Origin: Acidimicrobiia bacterium
GTDB lineage: Bacteria > Actinomycetota > Acidimicrobiia > Spongiisociales > UBA5794
Reading direction: 5' to 3'
DNA length: 64,000 bases
Assembly: GCA_026985095.1 (NCBI GenBank)
Contig: JALSQW010000008.1
Coordinates: 50,470-114,469, forward strand
Made by a program: the position numbers and the translations under genes. Position 1 is the first letter of the stretch; every line of letters starts with the position of its first letter. A model generated the notes under the pieces. It was not told the DNA's origin. It did no database searches and saw only the letters and a list, made by a program, of their open reading frames with translations. Positions 57,456-64,000 of this stretch are shown here, piece by piece.

Positions 57456-58502
57456 ATGATGTCGATCTCCGAGTCGATCAGAATCTGGAAGATCACCCTC
57501 GCGATCAGCAGTGCGCTTGTCGTCATCGTGTGGAGCTTGTTCTGCTCCATCGTGCTAGAAACCGTGGAACGGCAGGCAGCCTCTCACCTCGGGTACCGAG
57601 GAGCAGCGATCCGTCTTGTCGCCATTCCTACCGAGATCTCTGCGCCGGCCACGCTGTCGGCCGCCCTCAGCGCCTTCGCCAGGGACCACGGCGCATCCAT
57701 CGCACACTCCCGGTCCTCCGAGTCGGCTCTCGTCACGATCCTGGACGACGGACACACATTCTTCGACGGAGAGAGGGACATGTCCAGCATGATCGGCGAC
57801 GCGACATCGGGGAAGACCGCGGCGGTATCGATCGATGCGGTGAACCCTACGACTGGACAGCTGGCGATCCAACTGCCAGACGACACGACAGTCACGGGAT
57901 TCTTCGACGCCCACGTCACCTTCGAGGACCGCTACCCGGCCGCCATCTTCTCACCGGAAGCTCTCCCGTTCACTGAAGGCATCTACCTGATCACAGCCGA
58001 TGGAGGATCACCGAGTCCTGGGCTGCAGAACGCTACGGTGGAGGTCTTCCAGTCCAACGGCATGGACATCGTCGAACTCTCCGCGATCGATTCTGCGACG
58101 GTACCACGGCTCTTCATCGACCTGTTCGGGACACCCTTCGGCGTCGTCTTCCTCTTGTTCGCCGGATTCGTTGTAGTCAGTCAGATCCTGGTGACGGCAA
58201 TCCACGCCCGCCTGCTTCGGGGCCGACTCGTGGTAGCTGCGACCCTCGGCGCACCACGGAGAGCGCTCCGGTGGTTCAGCCGGAGGAGCCTGTTGACGCT
58301 CGTCCTCCCCGGTCTCGCCACCGGAACGGCGATCGGTTTCGCGATGGCTCTCGGAGGCGGTCGCCTCTCGTTGGTGGACATCGACACGAGACTCCTCGGC
58401 GCTACCGTCGCGTCGCTTGCCGCCGCCGGAGTCTCGATGCTCACCTGCTGGTTGGTTGCGTGGCTGGAGACGAGGAGGGTCGCAAGCATTGTCGTCTGTT
58501 AG
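57456..58502 (+). CDS. FtsX/MacB-like permease subunit
   Basis: 1 N-terminal TM, extracellular domain, 3 C-terminal TMs with LGA motif. Confidence 0.7.
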   Translation: MMSISESIRIWKITLAISSALVVIVWSLFCSIVLETVERQAASHLGYRGAAIRLVAIPTEISAPATLSAALSAFARDHGASIAHSRSSESALVTILDDGHTFFDGERDMSSMIGDATSGKTAAVSIDAVNPTTGQLAIQLPDDTTVTGFFDAHVTFEDRYPAAIFSPEALPFTEGIYLITADGGSPSPGLQNATVEVFQSNGMDIVELSAIDSATVPRLFIDLFGTPFGVVFLLFAGFVVVSQILVTAIHARLLRGRLVVAATLGAPRRALRWFSRRSLLTLVLPGLATGTAIGFAMALGGGRLSLVDIDTRLLGATVASLAAAGVSMLTCWLVAWLETRRVASIVVC

Positions 58503-59679
58503 GCGGTTCGCCAAGGATCTACGCCACACCAGAGGATGGGTGTTCTGGATCGGTGCAGCGTCGCTTCTGATCACGATCCTCACCACGTACATGGCGGTCT
58601 TCGGTGCGGCGCAAGGATGGAGCGGCACCTTGTCGGCCGAGCCGCCGCAAGAGCCACTCAGCTTCCTTCGGGTCGTCGATCCACGCGAGTCGATTGTGAC
58701 GGTGGCCGAGTCCGTCGGCAACATCGACCGCTCGGTGTTGGACGAGCCGGGGTTGGTCGTGCTCTTCCAACACCTGCGGGACGATGCTCGAATGTTCCTC
58801 ACCATGCCACTGGTAGCGTTCACTGATCGATGGGGTATGGAAGTAGCCGAATCGTCCGATGCCCTGGCGGTTGTCGGCACAGCGCCGCCTTTCGTTCCGC
58901 GAGTGAACACGAGCCGCGATGTGCTGCTCTGGGGTTCGATTGCGTCCGACTATGCAGATGTGCCACAGGTGGACGATGAGGAGATCTTCGGTCACATCGT
59001 CCAGAAGGTCGAATCGACACCGCTGGATGCTGAGTACATCACGGGGAGCGGCTTTCGTGCCACAACACGGAACGCCGCACTGGTCGTGATGTCGACGGCG
59101 GCCGCGCGAGACATCGGGATCCGTAGTCCTTACAGCGTCATCGACGTGGTCGATGGCATCGTATGCTATTGCGAGCGCGAGGAGTTGGTGAGACTCGCTG
59201 AGCGTATGTCCGAAGCCGAAGCTTTGGCCGGCACTGGCAGGAGCTATTTCGCCGTCGGCTACGACCGCGTCGTCGGTCCGGTTCACCGATCATCGGCGTT
59301 GGTGGAATCGCTCAGCGCTGGACTCGCGATCGGTGTCTTCCTGAGCGTATGGTGCCTTGCCGTGATGGCTGCCCAGGTCTTCTGGCAACGGCGATCACAT
59401 GTCTATCGGGTGGAGTCGATGTGCGGGGCTACCGAGACGACCGTTCACCTCCGAGCGCAGATGCTCATTGCGCTGAGTCTCTCCTTACCGGCGTTGGCTG
59501 GTTTCGCACTGGTGAGTGCCGCCTTGCGCGAGTCCCTGTGGCCGCCACCTCTGCCTCCCGCGTCGCGGCTGATTGCGGTCGCGGTCGTCGCTGCGCTCCA
59601 CATGATGGCTGGAGGAATCAACGCGTGGCGTGTGCACCGTCTGTACCGGTTCACCGATCATGCGGTGGTGTATGACTGA
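58489..59679 (+). CDS. FtsX/MacB-like permease subunit
   Basis: TTG start after GAGGAGG; 1+3 TM topology, MCGAT motif. Confidence 0.7.
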   Translation: MSSVRRFAKDLRHTRGWVFWIGAASLLITILTTYMAVFGAAQGWSGTLSAEPPQEPLSFLRVVDPRESIVTVAESVGNIDRSVLDEPGLVVLFQHLRDDARMFLTMPLVAFTDRWGMEVAESSDALAVVGTAPPFVPRVNTSRDVLLWGSIASDYADVPQVDDEEIFGHIVQKVESTPLDAEYITGSGFRATTRNAALVVMSTAAARDIGIRSPYSVIDVVDGIVCYCEREELVRLAERMSEAEALAGTGRSYFAVGYDRVVGPVHRSSALVESLSAGLAIGVFLSVWCLAVMAAQVFWQRRSHVYRVESMCGATETTVHLRAQMLIALSLSLPALAGFALVSAALRESLWPPPLPPASRLIAVAVVAALHMMAGGINAWRVHRLYRFTDHAVVYD

Positions 59680-60367
59680 GCTCGTCGCCATCGTCGATCG
59701 CGTAGCCAAGACGTACCGAGACGGAGACACCGATCGGCAAGTCCTCGCTGGCGTGTCATTGGAGGTCGAGCCCAGGAGAATCGTCGGGATAGAAGGACCG
59801 TCCGGATCAGGAAAAACGACCTTGCTGAGTATCGTGGCCGGTCTCCTACCACACGATGCCGGTCGCGTCGTTGTGGACGGTAAGGAGATCGACTACAGAA
59901 AACCACGGGAAGTGTCCCGAACCCGGTGGCAACGAATCGGATTCATCTCCCAGACCTACGGGCTCATCGAGGAAGAGAGCGTCTTCGAGAACGTCTCGTT
60001 GCCGCTGATCTTCAACCGACCGCGGCCTTCCCGCCAAGCACGTAGGACGAAGGTCGAACGAGCGTTGAGGTGGGCGGCGTTGGACGTGAACCCGCGGATG
60101 AAAGTCTCGAAGCTCTCCCGGGGAGAACGGCAGCGGGTCGCTCTCGCCAGAGCCCTCATCCAAGAGCCTCGTCTTCTTGTAGCCGATGAACCTACGGCGG
60201 CGCTTGACTCGGTAACTGGTGCCAAGATCGTCGCACATCTCCGCTTGGTAGCCGATCAGGGTATCGGTGTGTTGGTCGCGACCCACGACTCATCCGTGAC
60301 CAACATCTGTGATGTCGTGTACACGCTCAGGGACGCTCGCCTATCGTTGCGCTCCCACGACCCATGA
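59672..60367 (+). CDS. ABC transporter ATP-binding protein (LolD/MacB type)
   Basis: GPSGSGKT, LSRGERQRVALARAL, LVADEPT, VATHD. Confidence 0.92.
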   Translation: MTELVAIVDRVAKTYRDGDTDRQVLAGVSLEVEPRRIVGIEGPSGSGKTTLLSIVAGLLPHDAGRVVVDGKEIDYRKPREVSRTRWQRIGFISQTYGLIEEESVFENVSLPLIFNRPRPSRQARRTKVERALRWAALDVNPRMKVSKLSRGERQRVALARALIQEPRLLVADEPTAALDSVTGAKIVAHLRLVADQGIGVLVATHDSSVTNICDVVYTLRDARLSLRSHDP

Positions 60368-60405
60368 TGAGTCTCGCCCGCAGATGGACCGCGAGGGCAG
60401 CGCGG

Positions 60406-60990
60406 TGAACCGCCCGGGGGTTCATAGAGGCTGGTTGGTTTGAGTCGCGGCCTGGGGCGTTGACTCGTGTTGACGGTCGTAGGCGGCTTCGTGGGCTGCC
60501 GGGGTGGTGGAGCCGGGTCCGGGGGTGATCTCGCCGTGGACCCTGCCAGGGTCCCCTGCGGTAGATCAGTTCCCACGTGTACAGCCCGTTGAACGATTCG
60601 GCCATGGCCTTGTCGAACGAGTCGCCCCTGGAGCCGACCGAAGCGACGATGTCGTGGTGGGCGAGGCGCTGCAAGTCGCGGATCGACAGGTGCTGCTTAG
60701 GTTCAAGGGGTCGTCGCAACGCCGTCTTGTCGAGCCGACTGTAGAAGTTCGTTGGGGGCTTCGGCCGAAAGTCCCGTTCGACCAGATCCGCAGGCCGGTC
60801 CGCTCGGTCGTCCCCGACGGTGGTCCGTACCCAGCGACGGCCCCGCCGACAGCCCTGCAGACCCATGCGGCGCATCAGCCGCTCCACGGTGCAGCGGGCC
60901 ACCTCGATGCCCTCGGCGTTGAGCTGATCCCACACCTTGTCGGCGCCGTACACCGACAGGTTCTCCTCGGAGACCCGACGGATCTCCACT
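60406..60990 (-). mobile_element. degenerate IS3-family (IS6110-like) remnant
   Basis: Terminal TGAACCGCCCGG resembles IS6110 IR; OrfB fragments VYGADKVW..VARCTVERLMR and SVGSRGDSFDKAMAESFNGLY with internal deletions; no OrfA. Confidence 0.85.
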
Positions 60991-61156
60991 GCTGGACCGA
61001 AGCCAGCGGCTGACCGTCGACCCCGGCAGACATCGGCCCGACCCCGACCGCGAACACGGCCCCCTTGACACACACACCATCCGCATACTGTTCGTAGTGA
61101 CGGGGACACCCACCGTGTCAGGGGGGATGAGGAAGGAGACGGATCGCCATGATCCG
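60970..61156 (+). repeat. 187-bp direct repeat copy 2
   Basis: See copy 1; offset 4497 bp. Confidence 0.92.
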
Positions 61157-61510
61157 ACGCACCCTGGCCCTGTTGGTGATGGCCCCTTGTCGGTCGTGAT
61201 CCCCGCCGCGCCGGTGGTCGCGGGCTGGATGACCCAGAGGCACGCGACCTATGATGGCTGCGAGTATCGGTTCCTGTACGGCACCTGGTTCGCGGACTAC
61301 CCGGCAGCGAAGACCGAAGACGAGAACGGCGGTTGCCGGTACCAATACGTCAGAGGCTGGGACAGCGATGAACTCCACATCCACGGCTACACGTCCAGGA
61401 ATCCCGCCATCATCTGCTTCAACGACCACGACACACCCAAGACCGTCCCGTGGAAGGTCAAGACATGGGAGCATGGCTGGTACGCCCGACTCCAGAAGAC
61501 GTTCTCCTGA
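61149..61510 (+). pseudogene. small secreted protein with 1-nt frameshift in the signal peptide
   Basis: MIRRTLALLVMA / LSVVIPAAPVVAG-WMTQRH...; frame change at C-run 61183-61186. Confidence 0.65.
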
Positions 61511-61513
61511 CTG

Positions 61514-62062
61514 ATGACCCGCCGTGGCCCGTGCGAATGGATCATCGCCGGTGCCGTCGCGTGGTTGATCGCGGGATGCAGCCCGAGAACGGGGGCTCCT
61601 CCCGATGCGCCTCCGGGATCGACGCCCGGCCGGTCGCAGATCGAACGCGAGGTCCTCGCCGACGGTCAGGTCACGTTCGCCGAACTGGAACGAGCCGCGT
61701 TCTCCTTCGTCGAATGCATGGAACGCGAGCTCGGGATCGAAGGGAACGCCACCTACCGGGACGATGCCGCCTCGTTCGTGTTCGACTTCCACGACCCCAC
61801 GAACCAGATGGAAGAACGCCTGGCCGGGACCGCCGACGAGGCATGCGAGGCCGAGATCGACGACATCACCTCGACGTGGACCGACCAGCAGGAGCGAGCC
61901 ACCCCGGAGCGAGACCGGTACCAATTGGTGGTCGAGTGCCTCCGCGCCAGAGGGCACCAGGTGGCGTCGGCCGACCCGGCGGAACTGAGTCGAGCCAACG
62001 CGGCGTACCCGGAGGACTACCGGGAATGCTTCGATGTGGCGTTCCCGACGCCCCGCCCATGA
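61514..62062 (+). CDS. Cys-patterned lipoprotein
   Basis: Lipobox LIAGC; two VEC(M/L)xxxxG...C repeats; acidic. Confidence 0.75.
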   Translation: MTRRGPCEWIIAGAVAWLIAGCSPRTGAPPDAPPGSTPGRSQIEREVLADGQVTFAELERAAFSFVECMERELGIEGNATYRDDAASFVFDFHDPTNQMEERLAGTADEACEAEIDDITSTWTDQQERATPERDRYQLVVECLRARGHQVASADPAELSRANAAYPEDYRECFDVAFPTPRP

Positions 62063-62084
62063 CCGGCCACCGAACGGCGCCACG

Positions 62085-62267
62085 ATGAGGACCGCGGTAG
62101 CCGCAACGGTGGCCGGGATCGTCACCATCGCGCTCTGGGGCGTCGTCGTCCTCGGAGCGTTCCTCCGGCCCGATCCTCTCGCCATGGCGTTGGGGATCTC
62201 GATCGCGCTCAACGTGGCGCTGGTCGTCGGTATCGTCGTCGACCGCAAGACGCGGTCCGTCGAGTAG
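62085..62267 (+). CDS. small 2-TM membrane protein
   Basis: MRTAVAATVAGIVTIALWG...VGIVVDRKTRSVE. Confidence 0.55.
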   Translation: MRTAVAATVAGIVTIALWGVVVLGAFLRPDPLAMALGISIALNVALVVGIVVDRKTRSVE

Positions 62268-62314
62268 GTCGCCACTCGGCCCGCCGGATACCGCAGTCGG
62301 CGGGCGGGACACCG

Positions 62315-63874
62315 TCAGGCCACGTCGGAGATGGCGGTCGGGCGGGCCGGGGCCAGCGTCACCTCGAAGCGTGTCCATCCGGCGTGACGCCGGTAGGTGA
62401 CGTCGCCACCCATCCGGCGGGCCAGCTCCCTCGCCACCGACAGGCCGATGCCGACTCCCGTGGGGCCCTCGCGGTGGCGCGCCAGGCCCCCGAACGGCGC
62501 GAACACGGCGTCGACGAGACCGTCGGGGATGCCGTCTCCATCGTCGGCCACCACCACCCCCGGCCGGGCGCCGCCCCGCACCTCGACCCGCAGACTCGGC
62601 CCCCCGTGGACACGAGCGTTGTCGATCAGGTTGTGCAGGATCTGACGGAGCCGGTGGGCATCGGCCGACGCCACCGCCGACGGATCGGCGACCACCAGCG
62701 CCGCAGGTCCCTGCCGCATCGCGGCCAGAACCCCCTCGACGAGGGTCACGAGACGAACCGGCTCCAGCACGATCGGGATCTGGGCGGAGTCGCTGCGGCC
62801 CGCCACGAGGAGATCGTCGAGCATGTGGGTCATCTCCGCGCTCTGCTCGGTGATGATCTTCGCCATCTCGGCCAGGTCCTCCCCGGCGGCCTCCAGGACC
62901 GCGGAGAGCTCGGCCGCGAAGCCGTGGACCGCCGTCAACGGCGTGCGGAGCTCGTGGCTCACCGACGCCACCAGCCGGTTGTTGGACGCGATGTGCTCCT
63001 CGGCCAGGCGCACCCGCTCCCGCTCGTGGGCACGACGCTTGCGGTCGACGACACCCATCGCCGCCAGCAGACCCGCCACGATCGATCCGAACACGACCAC
63101 CATCGCCACCGCCGGCCCCACCCCGGACCGTGGATAGGCGGCCCCGGGCCGCAGGACCACCACCCAGGTCCGGCCCAGGACGTCGAGTTCGTAGCGCTCC
63201 GATGGCGAAACAACCGCCGGCGGGGTGTCGACCAGGACCAGGTTCCCCTCGGCGGTCGTATCGACGACGGTCGCCGCCAGGTAGCCGTCACCGACCGAGC
63301 CCAGCGCCATCTCGATGAGCTCGACCGGATCGAACATGACCACCACCGTTCCCACGGGGGCGTCGACACCACGGATGGGGAACATCGCCTGGTACACCAG
63401 CGACGTCGTCCCCGCCTCCTCGAACATGGCCGGGACCATCGCCGCTCGACGCGCCGGTCGGATCTCGGGCACCGGCAGCCCTTCGGGGATCGTCACCGAC
63501 GGCTCGTTCGTTCCCGCCGGAACGAAGGCGATGCCCCGGAACACGCGGCCGCCGATCAGTCCACTGCCCGGCCCGCTCGTGCTCGACAGGGACACGAGGA
63601 ACCGGATCGCCTCGTCCGAGTGCGACCCCAGCGACGAGACGACCGCCCCGAAGGCGGTCATCTGGAACCCGAGCTCCTCGACGGTGCCCTCCAGGTTGTC
63701 GGCGAACGAATCGGCGGTCAACCCCAAGTTGTCTCGCTCGGCGCCGCCGATCGTCGACGCCGTCACCCAGGCCACCAGCGCCGACACCACCAGGGCCCCG
63801 GCGGCGGCCAGGATCCAGCCCTTCGAGGGCCAACGCGGCTCGTTGAACGGCATGACGCCCACCCCTGTCGGCAC
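62315..63874 (-). CDS. sensor histidine kinase
   Basis: Two TMs, SHELRTPL H-box, NLIDNA, DDGDG, GVGIGL; start uncertain. Confidence 0.9.
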   Translation of the reverse strand: MPTGVGVMPFNEPRWPSKGWILAAAGALVVSALVAWVTASTIGGAERDNLGLTADSFADNLEGTVEELGFQMTAFGAVVSSLGSHSDEAIRFLVSLSSTSGPGSGLIGGRVFRGIAFVPAGTNEPSVTIPEGLPVPEIRPARRAAMVPAMFEEAGTTSLVYQAMFPIRGVDAPVGTVVVMFDPVELIEMALGSVGDGYLAATVVDTTAEGNLVLVDTPPAVVSPSERYELDVLGRTWVVVLRPGAAYPRSGVGPAVAMVVVFGSIVAGLLAAMGVVDRKRRAHERERVRLAEEHIASNNRLVASVSHELRTPLTAVHGFAAELSAVLEAAGEDLAEMAKIITEQSAEMTHMLDDLLVAGRSDSAQIPIVLEPVRLVTLVEGVLAAMRQGPAALVVADPSAVASADAHRLRQILHNLIDNARVHGGPSLRVEVRGGARPGVVVADDGDGIPDGLVDAVFAPFGGLARHREGPTGVGIGLSVARELARRMGGDVTYRRHAGWTRFEVTLAPARPTAISDVA

Positions 63875-63913
63875 ATCCGCCGCGGGTCATAGGATCCGAC
63901 CACCCCGACCGTG

Positions 63914-64000
63914 TCAGGGCCGACCCGATCCCTCGGGCCGCGGTCCGAGGATCCGGGTCAGTTCCTCGCGATGCACCGTCTCGTGGTCGAGGAGCGCCTC
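63914..64000 (-). CDS. C-terminus of a gene entering from the right, FtsH-like
   Basis: EALLDHETVHREELTRILGPRPEGSGRP* resembles the FtsH/M41 terminal helix; only 28 aa visible. Confidence 0.45.
   Translation of the reverse strand, partial: EALLDHETVHREELTRILGPRPEGSGRP

Noticed and set aside
1-64000. tRNA (including tRNA-Sec), rRNA, integrase or prophage genes
   Set aside because: None recognised by eye; a tRNAscan-SE or Aragorn run would be needed to exclude them formally

Overview
High-GC actinobacterial chromosome segment; gene content and synteny suggest an Acidimicrobiia-like lineage (inference). Core genes in order: Trk K+ uptake, LCP protein, DUF1998 helicase, Tad/Flp pilus locus with Ssd-like and HAD genes, MFS, leuCD, arylamine N-acetyltransferase, a BcsA-like GT2-PilZ synthase, a MenJ/geranylgeranyl-reductase-like gene, a large divergent respiratory cluster, rex, tyrosine/homogentisate catabolism (hppD, hmgA, fahA), M23 peptidase, an RsiG-like anti-sigma factor, mshA, a Clp1-like kinase, an acyl-CoA synthetase and class II RNR (nrdJ) with NrdR boxes. 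An accessory island (~54.1-62.3 kb) follows, with a secreted protein plus ABC cassette, IS remnants and a duplicated 187-bp expression element. Main observations: (1) a CcoN-like/CcoO fusion lacking all six haem/Cu His ligands, divergent from a b6f-like split cytochrome b/Rieske/dihaem c/ferredoxin operon, with a short helical repeat shared by proteins of both arms; (2) two in-frame UGA codons, each followed by a GGUC-loop SECIS-like hairpin (an AhpD/CMD protein with CxxU, and a tiny CCGxHGEPGC-U protein); (3) a promoter-flanked structured RNA candidate at 42.18-42.27 kb; (4) a MoaD-like domain fused to a membrane protein. All calls were made by eye, without database searches.
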